64,000 bases of DNA, from IMG/VR virus record IMGVR_UViG_3300032284_002843, positions 64,001 to 128,000 of that record; one strand, written 5' to 3'. This stretch comes from a virus. The position numbers and the translations under genes were made by a program. The stretch's first letter is position 1. Each line of letters begins with the position of its first letter. Positions 18,865 through 28,439 of this stretch are shown one piece after another. The notes below the pieces were generated by a model. That model did not search any database and was not told the origin of the DNA. It worked only from the letters and a program-made list of their open reading frames with translations.

Positions 18865-19307
18865 GAGAACAGCAAGTTAAGGTAGGAGTTGGAGTTATTT
18901 GTCTAACACCAGATGGCGTTGTTTTATTACAACGACAGGGAAGCCATGGTGCAGGAGAATGGAGTTTTCCTGGCGGACATCTAGAATTTGGAGAAAGTGT
19001 ACTTGATTGCGCTGCACGAGAATGCGAAGAAGAAATTGGTGTAAAGCTATCGTCTTGTTACCATTTGTATTTTTTTACTGAAGATAGCTTTCCAGGCAAG
19101 CAATATATCACTATCTATGTAGTTGGCACTACTGAAGACAAAGCTAAAATTTGCGAACCACATAAAGCGTCTGCTATTATCTTTATTAACAACACTGATG
19201 CAGTTCCTGAACCTGCATTCAGTGGCGTTAAGAAAGCATGGGAGGTTTATAACCGCCTTCCAAACACAATAACAGATGACGAATGCAATAGACAAAATAA
19301 GACTTAA
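18861..19307 (+). CDS. Nudix hydrolase
   Basis: Nudix box GGHLEFGESVLDCAARECEEEIG. Confidence 0.93.
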   Translation: MREQQVKVGVGVICLTPDGVVLLQRQGSHGAGEWSFPGGHLEFGESVLDCAARECEEEIGVKLSSCYHLYFFTEDSFPGKQYITIYVVGTTEDKAKICEPHKASAIIFINNTDAVPEPAFSGVKKAWEVYNRLPNTITDDECNRQNKT

Positions 19308-19533
19308 TGTATCAGAACTAAAAGGTAACGAAGCTAAGGCGATAAATGAAAATCCCAGCCTAGCTGATCTATTCAAAAAAAGACAAGAACTTTTATATGA
19401 CATGAATCAAGCATGTCTTAAAGCCATGTCTAAGGCTAAAAAACCATTTCTAACTAAACTTGAAGAAATAGAAAAAGAATACGCTTTTTTACTTCAGTTT
19501 ACTGCTGACAACAAGGAAAATAATGTCACCTAA
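19276..19533 (+). CDS. Small coiled-coil hypothetical protein
   Basis: ORF in operon. Confidence 0.6.
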   Translation: MTNAIDKIRLNVSELKGNEAKAINENPSLADLFKKRQELLYDMNQACLKAMSKAKKPFLTKLEEIEKEYAFLLQFTADNKENNVT

Positions 19534-20656
19534 AATAACAATACCATCTGAGCATTATGTTGGAATGAGATCTCAGTATCAAGAAAGTCTTCCTCTAGCT
19601 TTCATAACACCAAACGGCAATGACAAAGCTGCATTAAAAAGAATACAGACCGTAGACAGTTGGTCTGGACGCAGCAAAGATGGATATGCGTCTGCTGTTA
19701 TAACTAATGAACCAATGCAGGGATTTAAACTTACCTGTAATATTCGCCGAGGTGGACGATATGGATCTGGAGATAAATGGCATATTGAAGACCCTAGAGG
19801 GTTCGTATTAGAAATTAACAGTACCAATCTAGCTTACCTATTAGAAAGCTGTGTAATTGAAAATGGTACAATATTGAATTCATGCGTATGGGCAAGACAG
19901 AGAGGTAATAATGTTCTGCTAGCTACTGATACAGATTTATATCAAAATGCTGTAACATTAACAAGCCTAGATGGTATATCTGTTAGCATGAAAGATGTAG
20001 AAAAAGGGTATGATGTAATTTTAAAGTCAGGAGTATCAGCAAAATATCTTGGAAAATATCATTTGCTAAAAAAGTCTTGGGGCGATAATGACTGGTTTGA
20101 TTTGCATTCACCTCAACATCTATTGCTAACAAATGATAATAAGCCAAAGTTATTATCTTATAGCAATCCAAAAATTAGCAAAATAGAAACAAAAAATGCA
20201 TTATCAGATAAAGACTCAGAGCAAATGGTTAATGATCATTTAGCAGCCGGTGGTCAAACTGACGGGTGGTATCCACTGTATGGTGTATTTTCTAAAAAAC
20301 CTATAAATTGGTCAATAAAATTAAAACCAGTTGATGACATTGATTATGCATTAGAATCATCTACACAACGAAGTCTTACATTAATAATTGAACTTAAAAA
20401 CCATGTATATGGTATTTTTAATCCTTATTACAGTAATCCAGACTATGTAATGGACACTGTAAACATAGATCTTATTGACCAAGGACAAATGTCATACAAA
20501 CTGATAAAAAAGAAAAGTATAAAAGGTTGGGACACTTCACAGATGTATATAGACAAAGATCAAAGACATTTTGATAGAAACGATATAATTAACGTGTATG
20601 AATGTTTTATTGAAGCAACGACCAGTTTAGATAATCAGGTATTAATAAAATTTTAA
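19523..20656 (+). CDS. Conserved phage hypothetical protein
   Basis: AAGGA RBS; EDPRGFVLEI...CVWAR motif. Confidence 0.75.
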   Translation: MSPKITIPSEHYVGMRSQYQESLPLAFITPNGNDKAALKRIQTVDSWSGRSKDGYASAVITNEPMQGFKLTCNIRRGGRYGSGDKWHIEDPRGFVLEINSTNLAYLLESCVIENGTILNSCVWARQRGNNVLLATDTDLYQNAVTLTSLDGISVSMKDVEKGYDVILKSGVSAKYLGKYHLLKKSWGDNDWFDLHSPQHLLLTNDNKPKLLSYSNPKISKIETKNALSDKDSEQMVNDHLAAGGQTDGWYPLYGVFSKKPINWSIKLKPVDDIDYALESSTQRSLTLIIELKNHVYGIFNPYYSNPDYVMDTVNIDLIDQGQMSYKLIKKKSIKGWDTSQMYIDKDQRHFDRNDIINVYECFIEATTSLDNQVLIKF

Positions 20657-21438
20657 TCAACTCTACCAACTAAAATTTTGCTGCCCGGTGGATTGGCAGA
20701 TTGCTGATCAAAATCTAATATACCGTCAGTATTTCTAACCAACATAAACTTCTTACTGGGTTCCAAAATAAGTTGTTCTGTAGTTCTTACTTCGATATCA
20801 TCGGTGGCATGCCTTAAAGTATTAATCTGTGGATTATCAGTGTACTGTTTGGCCATCAGGACCATCATTTCCTCTGGTGATTTAGCAACATCTGCAACAT
20901 AGGTACCTATTAGCAACCTTGCATCGCTGCTTACTCGTTTCATTCTATTCTCAATACTTTTACTATTTTTTTGATATCCAGCATGAGGTAATAAAATACC
21001 ATGATTAGTTCTTACAACTGTATCATTTTTTATTTCTTGTATTTTTTGTTGCTGTGTTCCAAATTCACCTTCTATAAGGTAACATACGTCTTTATCAAAA
21101 ACAAAAATACAACCGGTGGCATGAGCTTCTCTTAAAAAATGCACAGCATCTTCTACAGTAGGCATTGATAGAGCATCTCTTATCTTTCCACCGTTTCTGC
21201 TATCATGCATTTTTGCACGTTTTTCACCATAATCAGGTGTTAAACTACTGCTAATGATACTAACTCCGTTGGAATTCATCCCTTCACTCCAGTGAGTTCG
21301 TTCATCTAGCAATGCTACTCGCTGAATGCTATTTTTTTCAGTTCTTAATAATTCTGTTCTCGTGGCAAAAGGTCGGTCTCTATTTTTGATTCCAACCCAA
21401 CCTAAATTTGGAAATTTCTTAGCTATTATGGTACACAT
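20653..21438 (-). CDS. N-terminal nucleophile (Cys) hydrolase, C45/choloylglycine hydrolase-like
   Basis: Starts MCT; KNRD, EGMNSNGV, RTNH and SSxxR motifs. Confidence 0.78.
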   Translation of the reverse strand: MCTIIAKKFPNLGWVGIKNRDRPFATRTELLRTEKNSIQRVALLDERTHWSEGMNSNGVSIISSSLTPDYGEKRAKMHDSRNGGKIRDALSMPTVEDAVHFLREAHATGCIFVFDKDVCYLIEGEFGTQQQKIQEIKNDTVVRTNHGILLPHAGYQKNSKSIENRMKRVSSDARLLIGTYVADVAKSPEEMMVLMAKQYTDNPQINTLRHATDDIEVRTTEQLILEPSKKFMLVRNTDGILDFDQQSANPPGSKILVGRVD

Positions 21439-21445
21439 TTAAAAA

Positions 21446-21485
21446 TATTTATCTTTTTGGCTAAATGTTGTAAATTTATTAAATA
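21446..21485. promoter_or_regulatory. Back-to-back late-promoter-like elements
   Basis: GATAAATA on - strand (21446-21453) and TAAATA on + strand (21480-21485). Confidence 0.45.
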
Positions 21486-21496
21486 AAGGCGAATAC

Positions 21497-22444
21497 ATGC
21501 TAGAAAATTATAAAAAATTAGATCATTTAAACGAAACCAATAAAGAATGGTTTGTAGTAAACTGGTGTTTAGGTAATACTTGCAATTTTTCCTGCAGTTA
21601 TTGTCCAGAAAATTTACATAATGCATCAATTAAGTGGCCATCACTAGATACAATAAAAACATTTGTACATAATGTTGTAACCCAAACTAGCCCTCGTAAA
21701 GTATACTTTGAATTTACAGGAGGCGAAGTTACACTGTGTCCATACTTTCCAGAAATTGCGAAATATGTAACATCATTAGGTGCAAGAGTAGGTTTAATCA
21801 GCAACAGCAGTCGTACAGTTAGATGGTGGACTGAAAATAAACAATTTTTTGATCATGTTTGCTTGAGCTTTCATCCAGAACATGCTGATAAAGACCATTT
21901 TATTGAAATTGTTAAGTTATTGCATAATGATGTAAGAACACACGTTAACATTATGATGTTACCTGCAAAATTTGATTATTGTTTTGAAATAGCAAATATA
22001 ATAAAAGACTTTGGAAATCTCAGCATGGCCTTACAACCTCTAATCCATGATTTTGGCGACAAACTTTATGATTACACAGATGAGCAGAAAAAGATATTTG
22101 ATAACCAACATATGTTAATTACTAAAGACATAAAGTTTACCAAACAATTTGATTATTATCGCGGCGCAATGAAAATGGTATTTGATAATGGATTATCAAT
22201 ACCCAGCAGTGCTCATAGATTTATAAGCAACAAAACAAACAACTGGGCAGGATGGAAATGTTATGCAGGAGTCGAACAAATAATCGTTGATATGGACGGA
22301 TCCTGTTGGCGAGGCTGGTGCAAAGTTGGCGAATCATTTGGTCACATAAGTCATGCTAACATTACCATTCCAAAAGATCCTATTATATGCAACAAGACCA
22401 TGTGCCATTGCAATTTTGACATAATGTGCAGCAAAGAAAAATGA
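21497..22444 (+). CDS. Radical SAM protein with C-terminal SPASM/twitch-like cysteines
   Basis: CNFSCSYC, TGGE, CYAG...WC...ICNKTMCHCNFD. Confidence 0.9.
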   Translation: MLENYKKLDHLNETNKEWFVVNWCLGNTCNFSCSYCPENLHNASIKWPSLDTIKTFVHNVVTQTSPRKVYFEFTGGEVTLCPYFPEIAKYVTSLGARVGLISNSSRTVRWWTENKQFFDHVCLSFHPEHADKDHFIEIVKLLHNDVRTHVNIMMLPAKFDYCFEIANIIKDFGNLSMALQPLIHDFGDKLYDYTDEQKKIFDNQHMLITKDIKFTKQFDYYRGAMKMVFDNGLSIPSSAHRFISNKTNNWAGWKCYAGVEQIIVDMDGSCWRGWCKVGESFGHISHANITIPKDPIICNKTMCHCNFDIMCSKEK

Positions 22445-23772
22445 CTGATAAAAAAAACAAAAGCACAATTTGTCCACTGATGTGGAATCATATAATGATA
22501 CAACAGAATGGCGACCTAAGACAATGTTGTCAAATGATATATGCACCATATGGCAGATTTTTTGAAAATGAAAAACCATTAAAATGGTCATCAGAAAACG
22601 TAGACAAAGCTAGAAACTCTGAATGGGCCAAAACCACACGGCTACAAATGCTAAACGGAGAAAAACCATCTGCATGTCAGCTCTGTTGGTCTGAAGAAGA
22701 ATTAGGATTGAATAGTAAACGACAACATATGCTCCAAATATATGATGTCGATGAAATGATTGAAAATACCAAAAGCGACGGATCAATTGATTTAGATAAA
22801 ATCAAACTCACATATCTTGATTTAAGACTTGGTAATTTATGTAATCTCGCCTGTAGAAGCTGTAGTCCTACTGATAGTAGCTTGTGGTTAAATGATTTTG
22901 CAACACTTACTCAAGTGGATGATAAGACAAAGTTTAGTTACCTCGGCGGCAGCGAATATGATGTGATAAAAAAGAATGGTATTTGGAAAATTGATAGCAA
23001 TGACTTTGAATGGTTTTCAGAGCCTGAATTTGATATATGGATAGAAAATCAAATAAAAACCAATGTAGATAAAATCTATTTTACAGGTGGCGAACCAACC
23101 ATAAACAAGAAGCATATGCAAATTTTAGATAAAATAATAGAATCTGGGCGAGCACCAGAAATGTCCCTAGAATATAATAGTAATTTTGTTGCTATACCTA
23201 ACAGATTATTAGAACAATGGACGCATTTTAAGACAGTTTTTGTAGGAATAAGTGTAGATGCTATAGGACCACTAGCGACATATATACGATATCCCAGTGA
23301 TTGGAATGATATCGAACAGAATGTAAGCAAGGTAGCTTATAACCAAATTCCACAGCTACATGCCACTTTTGTTACAACTATTAGTATACTTAATATTAGG
23401 CATTTTTTATACCTTACAGAATGGTTGTTAGATACACAGTATCAAAACATAAACAAAATTCCATCATATCATATATTACACAATCCTATTAGTTATTGTT
23501 TACAGGTCCTACCTTTAGACATTAAAAATCAAATCAAAAAAGAATATGAAGATTTTTTCCAAAGAGCTAGGTGGAAATATGGTCCAGATGTAGGAGACCG
23601 TTTAACTGAATATTATGCGGCCATTATAAGCTACATGTTTGCGGAAGATAAATCCAAATTGCTAACCGCAACAAAAAAACAAACCCTAAAGCTAGATCTA
23701 ATACGCGGCCAATCATTAGCCAAATATTTGCCATGGTTGGATGACTGTCTAAACAATTTGCAAAACAGTTGA
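22441..23772 (+). CDS. Radical SAM protein with N-terminal twitch-like domain
   Basis: CPLMW...CC...CQLC, CNLACRSC, TGGEP, YIRYP; ATGA overlap. Confidence 0.9.
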   Translation: MTDKKNKSTICPLMWNHIMIQQNGDLRQCCQMIYAPYGRFFENEKPLKWSSENVDKARNSEWAKTTRLQMLNGEKPSACQLCWSEEELGLNSKRQHMLQIYDVDEMIENTKSDGSIDLDKIKLTYLDLRLGNLCNLACRSCSPTDSSLWLNDFATLTQVDDKTKFSYLGGSEYDVIKKNGIWKIDSNDFEWFSEPEFDIWIENQIKTNVDKIYFTGGEPTINKKHMQILDKIIESGRAPEMSLEYNSNFVAIPNRLLEQWTHFKTVFVGISVDAIGPLATYIRYPSDWNDIEQNVSKVAYNQIPQLHATFVTTISILNIRHFLYLTEWLLDTQYQNINKIPSYHILHNPISYCLQVLPLDIKNQIKKEYEDFFQRARWKYGPDVGDRLTEYYAAIISYMFAEDKSKLLTATKKQTLKLDLIRGQSLAKYLPWLDDCLNNLQNS

Positions 23773-23797
23773 CAACAGATTAGTTTGGTTATATTAT
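23769..23797 (+). promoter_or_regulatory. Sigma70-type promoter, leaderless
   Basis: TTGACA-17 nt-TATTAT, 6 nt before ATG 23804. Confidence 0.75.
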
Positions 23798-23803
23798 ACC
23801 AAA

Positions 23804-24982
23804 ATGAAATACAAATTTCCACATATTGATCATTTGGATCAAGTTCGCCCTGTTATCCAAGATGTTGAGGGTTTTATCTTGGCTGAAAAAGATTGGGGTT
23901 GGGTAGCCAACTATGTCCAAATGGGTCCTCACGTTTTTCCAGAGGTGCAAACCGAAGCTGACGCTATTCGGCGGGAATGCAGAGGCTTGATCTTTTCTAA
24001 GAACGGGCAACTAATCAGTCGTCCGCTACATAAGTTTTTCAACATAGGCGAGCGCGAAGAGACTCTGCCTGAAAAGATCGATTTGTCTCAGCCTCATGTT
24101 ATCCTAGAAAAGCTTGACGGTAGCATGGTTCGTCCTATTCCGTTCGAAAGTGCATTTCGCCTTGGAACCAAAATGGGTATCACCGATGTCAGCATGCAAG
24201 CCGAGGTATGGCTGGTTGATCATCCTAACTACAAGGAATACATCCAGTGGTGTCTTAGCCATAATGCCACGCCTATTTTTGAATGGTGTAGCCGTAAACA
24301 GCGTATTGTAATTGACTATCCTGAGGATAGATTAGTTCTAATCGCTGTGCGATACAACAAGACCGGTGAATACGAACCGTACCACCTGTTGCAGGCAGAT
24401 GCAGCGCAGTATGAACTTGACCTAGTTAAGACCTATCCTGGAACTGTAAGCAGCATGGAACATCTCATTGCAGAAACACATGACATGCAGGGCCAAGAGG
24501 GTTGGGTTATCCGGTTTGATGATGGCCATATGCTCAAGCTTAAGGCTAGTGAGTATGTGACTATCCATAAGGCCAAGGAGAACATCCTTCGTGAGAAGGG
24601 CGTAATTGAAATGTTGCTTGACGAAAAGAGCGACGATGTTAAGCCTTTCCTTATCGAGGAAGATCGCCGGCGTCTTGAAGAATACGAAGATAAGTTTTGG
24701 CATGGAGTTAGTCAAACTATCGAGGACTGGAAGAGAGTCGACGCAGACATGCGTGTTAAGTACGCACGCGATCAGCGTAAGGAGTTTGCATTGAACGATG
24801 CAAATACATTGGATTCTTTTTTAAAAAGCGCAATCTTCAAAGCTTGGGATAATCCCAACTATAACTGGCGTGAAGCAGTGTTAGGCCGTATACGTTTGAA
24901 CTTGAGTAGTCAAGCTAAGATTGACGAGATCAGACATCTGTGGTCCAACGTTAAATGGACGATGACTGACGAACTTCCGTAG
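23804..24982 (+). CDS. rnlA: RNA ligase 1 (T4 RnlA family)
   Basis: RECRGLIF, KFFN, EKLDGS, EGWV, LKLK. Confidence 0.93.
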   Translation: MKYKFPHIDHLDQVRPVIQDVEGFILAEKDWGWVANYVQMGPHVFPEVQTEADAIRRECRGLIFSKNGQLISRPLHKFFNIGEREETLPEKIDLSQPHVILEKLDGSMVRPIPFESAFRLGTKMGITDVSMQAEVWLVDHPNYKEYIQWCLSHNATPIFEWCSRKQRIVIDYPEDRLVLIAVRYNKTGEYEPYHLLQADAAQYELDLVKTYPGTVSSMEHLIAETHDMQGQEGWVIRFDDGHMLKLKASEYVTIHKAKENILREKGVIEMLLDEKSDDVKPFLIEEDRRRLEEYEDKFWHGVSQTIEDWKRVDADMRVKYARDQRKEFALNDANTLDSFLKSAIFKAWDNPNYNWREAVLGRIRLNLSSQAKIDEIRHLWSNVKWTMTDELP

Positions 24983-24988
24983 TTGGCA

Positions 24989-25016
24989 TTGACTTTTATA
25001 TCTACTATAATAAAAT
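24989..25016 (+). promoter_or_regulatory. Sigma70-type promoter
   Basis: TTGACT-16 nt-TAAAAT. Confidence 0.55.
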
Positions 25017-25035
25017 ATACGATATAGAGGGACTC

Positions 25036-25281
25036 ATGCCAACTACAACTTTTCCAGTTTTAATAATAACCATCTTAATTTTTACTGTGGCATTTAGTAT
25101 TAGCATTTGGTTCGGTATATTTCTTGCATTTTGGTTAATTGCAAGCATCACCTGGGGTTGGTATCAACAAAATAATAATACAGAGGGCAAATGGTATGAT
25201 TGGATAATAGGTTTGCCTGTTTTGGCGTTTGCGTTCCTCTATACAATCTTTTATTATTTAGGAAAATCTAATGACAAATAA
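25036..25281 (+). CDS. Small membrane protein
   Basis: Two to three hydrophobic segments; GAGG RBS. Confidence 0.7.
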   Translation: MPTTTFPVLIITILIFTVAFSISIWFGIFLAFWLIASITWGWYQQNNNTEGKWYDWIIGLPVLAFAFLYTIFYYLGKSNDK

Positions 25282-25555
25282 GTCAAAAGAAAAAGTCAAT
25301 GGATTAACCAGTGTTAGGCTAAAATGGTATCGTACGGATAAAACCATACAAAAAAAGTACAGAAAGACTATTATTGAAAATCTACGAAATATGAAAGGTC
25401 TTAATGAACCAAGTCAACTTGTAAGCCATACAATATTTGTAGGCAAGGACTATTTTGGACCCAGCATATTTGTATACGGAAAAAAGGGCAGCAACTATTT
25501 TCATTGCGAATATTTCTCCGAAACCGAATGGAGCCCCTTATGCGAAATATCCTAG
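25271..25555 (+). CDS. Hypothetical protein
   Basis: Overlapping ORF with RBS. Confidence 0.6.
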   Translation: MTNKSKEKVNGLTSVRLKWYRTDKTIQKKYRKTIIENLRNMKGLNEPSQLVSHTIFVGKDYFGPSIFVYGKKGSNYFHCEYFSETEWSPLCEIS

Positions 25556-26097
25556 AGCATCCTATAACCGACAAAGAAAGAATTGATACATTAGAAGACA
25601 TTAAGAATGAAATTTTAGCACAAGACACCGTTGGCGATTTGCGAGCAGCAATCGTTCAAGAATGCATTGACATGATAAAAAGTCACGGTGTTACTATACA
25701 ACTTGCTGCCGACGATTTAGCTAAGAATAAGATCGAAGCATTACAAACATGGTACAAAGAGCAACAGCACCGTGCTAGAGAAAATGTTCTCAGCACTTTA
25801 GCTTCGGCTGAGTTGAAACCCGGAATGTGGGCAGAATGGCGTAACGATCCCCCACCTATTAAATGCTCTAAAAATGGGTACGACTTAATACTATTAGCTA
25901 TTCTTGATGCATTAACGCAAGAAGGCAACGCAGCATGGGCCGGTGATGCTACTAGTTGTGTAGCTCAAATTGTAAGAGCACAACTTAACAGTAGAAAAAG
26001 ATTAATTTTAGCACTTGAACAAATTGCTCATACATCTTCGTCTGACTGTGATGACTTGCGCGACATTGCAATTGATGCTATAAACAACGAGAAATAA
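25504..26097 (+). CDS. Hypothetical protein (true start probably 25528 or 25540)
   Basis: Long ORF filling the gap. Confidence 0.65.
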   Translation: MRIFLRNRMEPLMRNILEHPITDKERIDTLEDIKNEILAQDTVGDLRAAIVQECIDMIKSHGVTIQLAADDLAKNKIEALQTWYKEQQHRARENVLSTLASAELKPGMWAEWRNDPPPIKCSKNGYDLILLAILDALTQEGNAAWAGDATSCVAQIVRAQLNSRKRLILALEQIAHTSSSDCDDLRDIAIDAINNEK

Positions 26098-26108
26098 CAG
26101 GATGAGCA

Positions 26109-26573
26109 ATGCCAAATTTATACATGTTGGTTGGAGTTCCAGGTAGCGGCAAAAGCACCTGGATCAAAAATCAAAATTTTGATAGTAATACTGTAGTCAT
26201 CAGCACGGATGACATTATTGAGCAGCGTGCTCGTGCACAAGGACTGACATATTCTGATGTTTTTCAGACTGAAATCAAATCTGCTACTGCAGAAATGAAC
26301 CGTATTCTTATGGATGCCGTTGCAAATAACAAGGATATTGTGTGGGATCAAACTAACTTAACAGTTAAATCTCGCCGTCCTAAGCTTGCACAAATTCCTA
26401 AAGAATACTTGAAAATTGCAGTATATTTTGCAACGCCTGCTGATGTTGAATTACAAAGACGATTGAATAATCGTCCCGGTAAAGTAATTCCTGCTAACAT
26501 TGTACTTGGCATGAAAAGCCAACTACAAATGCCTGCGCTAGATGAAGGGTTTGACAGAGTTCAATACGTTTAA
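26109..26573 (+). CDS. P-loop kinase, polynucleotide 5'-kinase-like (AAA_33)
   Basis: GVPGSGKST, STDD, WDQTN, RxxxR lid, DEGF. Confidence 0.85.
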   Translation: MPNLYMLVGVPGSGKSTWIKNQNFDSNTVVISTDDIIEQRARAQGLTYSDVFQTEIKSATAEMNRILMDAVANNKDIVWDQTNLTVKSRRPKLAQIPKEYLKIAVYFATPADVELQRRLNNRPGKVIPANIVLGMKSQLQMPALDEGFDRVQYV

Positions 26574-26612
26574 TTAACCATCCAAAAATTTGACATTGCA
26601 GCTAAATAAAAT

Positions 26613-26801
26613 ATGTGCAAAATGTCGAAACGATTTTGGCTGGGCATTATAATCATAGTAGCTTTTTTTGCTGCTGGACATATTGGATTATTCATCGAAT
26701 CGTTTGGCGAAACACCCGTTGCCGGTGGAGCCGCATTTGGCGTAAGCTTTGTTGGTATTATAGGCGGCGTTTTGCGACTTTGGTCAGACCTGCTAGCATA
26801 A
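26613..26801 (+). CDS. Small two-TM membrane protein
   Basis: Two hydrophobic helices. Confidence 0.6.
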   Translation: MCKMSKRFWLGIIIIVAFFAAGHIGLFIESFGETPVAGGAAFGVSFVGIIGGVLRLWSDLLA

Positions 26802-26806
26802 TGTCA

Positions 26807-26834
26807 TTGACAAAAGACTATAACCTGTTATAGT
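26807..26834 (+). promoter_or_regulatory. Sigma70-type promoter
   Basis: TTGACA-16 nt-TATAGT with extended TG. Confidence 0.65.
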
Positions 26835-26860
26835 TAATAAGATTATAGAGTAAATAAATT

Positions 26861-27424
26861 ATGGGGCACACACTTATTTTAAATGCGGACTTTCTGCCGC
26901 TTAGTATTATTCCAATAAGCTCAATTTCTTGGAAAGATGCTATTAAAGTTTCATTCACAGGTCATGCTAGGACTGTAGAGTACTATGACAATTGGGAAGT
27001 TCATAGTCCTAGCATCTCTATGAAGGTCCCTGCTGTAATGGTCAGCGAAACTTACATCAAGAAGAAACACAGCGTTCGTTTCTCTCGTCAAAATCTTTTG
27101 ATTAGAGACAACTTCACTTGCCAATATTGTGAACAAAAGCTAAGTTCTATGGACTTAACTGTTGATCACGTTATTCCTAGGGTGAAGGGTGGTAAAACAC
27201 GCTGGGAAAACATTGTGTGTGCTTGCTACGTTTGTAACAGTATCAAAGGACATAAAAGTCATATGGTACCAAAACGTAAGCCATTTAAGCCAGATTATCA
27301 TCAGTTACTTGAGAATGCTAAGAAAATGCCTCTTAAGATTCCAAGTGAGAAATGGATTGATTATCTTGGATGGGATCCGTCTCTGCTTAAAGTGGTTAAA
27401 CCAGACCATTTTAATTTGACATAA
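26861..27424 (+). CDS. HNH endonuclease (McrA-like)
   Basis: RDNFTCQYC, DHVIP..KGG, WENIVCACYVCN..K. Confidence 0.92.
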   Translation: MGHTLILNADFLPLSIIPISSISWKDAIKVSFTGHARTVEYYDNWEVHSPSISMKVPAVMVSETYIKKKHSVRFSRQNLLIRDNFTCQYCEQKLSSMDLTVDHVIPRVKGGKTRWENIVCACYVCNSIKGHKSHMVPKRKPFKPDYHQLLENAKKMPLKIPSEKWIDYLGWDPSLLKVVKPDHFNLT

Positions 27425-27445
27425 GTTGATAAAACATGGTATGCT
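27416..27445 (+). promoter_or_regulatory. Sigma70-type promoter
   Basis: TTGACA-18 nt-TATGCT with extended TG. Confidence 0.6.
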
Positions 27446-27463
27446 TGTAAAAAGGAGTATACC

Positions 27464-27760
27464 ATGTCAACTTCTGGACAAGAACAAAATACTGAAAGTC
27501 TTCAGTTAGCAGATTTACAAAATTTACTTGTAATAATTGATATTGCATGCCAGCGCGGTGCATTCAAAGGTCCTGAACTAAGTCAAGTTGGATCCGTGTT
27601 TGATAGAGTTTCAAAATTCTTAAAAAGTGTTGAGCCAAAAAATGAGCAACCGGTTCAACAACCAGAGCAGCCACAGCAAGCCCCTCTTGTAACACCTGTT
27701 CCGTCGCCTATGACAACAGCTTCAACACCGCCCTTTTCATTATTAGGAGGAAATTATTAA
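27464..27760 (+). CDS. Conserved phage hypothetical protein
   Basis: AAGGAG RBS; IIDIACQRGAFK..E...VG motif. Confidence 0.8.
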   Translation: MSTSGQEQNTESLQLADLQNLLVIIDIACQRGAFKGPELSQVGSVFDRVSKFLKSVEPKNEQPVQQPEQPQQAPLVTPVPSPMTTASTPPFSLLGGNY

Positions 27761-28401
27761 TGAACGATTTCACAGGAATGACTAAACACGTTGGTGTTGT
27801 AACCAACACAGGTAAGAATGTCGTTGTAGTTTTTATGAGCCTTCCGGGTGATGAAAACAATGCACTAGTAGTAGATGTAGATGCTTTACCAGATACGTTT
27901 AATGAAAGTTTGCGTAGAATTGTAGAAAGCGAAGAAGGACAAAATGCAAAAAATCTTGCAGATGTACTTGGAAGAAGAATGAGTCCAGATGGCAGTAATC
28001 TTACACTTCTAAATAAATTCCACAACGCCGGCCGCTTGCAAAAGGTTCCAGTAGATTTGATTGCTATGACACCAAGAAAAGGTGTACGTTGGCCTCTGCG
28101 CGAAATTCTTAATGCCATGAAGCAACAAAAAGAATCATCTCCAGACGGATTTGATGATCTTGATCCAGAGACAAAAGCTGCTGTAGCTGCAGATTTGAAA
28201 AAGTTCAACGTTCATGCTAATAACATTCAAGGCGAAACGTCAGCAAATGCCAAGGATCAAGCAGTTGGTCTAATCAAGCAAGCAGAGCTTATGGAAGCAG
28301 ATGCACAGTCATTAAGAATGCGTGCATACAAGATGGATCCATCATTGAAGCCTGTTAAGAAGGCACCTAAGGCCAAAGCTAAAGAAGAAGCGTCTGAATA
28401 A
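27760..28401 (+). CDS. Conserved phage hypothetical protein
   Basis: AGGAGG RBS; KHVG, VESEEGQ motifs. Confidence 0.8.
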   Translation: MNDFTGMTKHVGVVTNTGKNVVVVFMSLPGDENNALVVDVDALPDTFNESLRRIVESEEGQNAKNLADVLGRRMSPDGSNLTLLNKFHNAGRLQKVPVDLIAMTPRKGVRWPLREILNAMKQQKESSPDGFDDLDPETKAAVAADLKKFNVHANNIQGETSANAKDQAVGLIKQAELMEADAQSLRMRAYKMDPSLKPVKKAPKAKAKEEASE

Positions 28402-28409
28402 ACAAATAT

Positions 28410-28439
28410 AAAAAAGGCTACATTAAGTAGCCTTTTTTT
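28410..28439. terminator. Bidirectional intrinsic terminator
   Basis: AAAAAAGGCTAC-ATTAA-GTAGCCTTTTTTT between converging genes. Confidence 0.85.

Noticed and set aside
26590-26617. TTGACA upstream of the small membrane gene
   Set aside because: No convincing -10 at 16-18 nt spacing.
26861-27424. HNH gene as a mobile homing element
   Set aside because: Architecture matches the stand-alone McrA-like HNH family, with its own promoter and no DNA-binding repeat modules.
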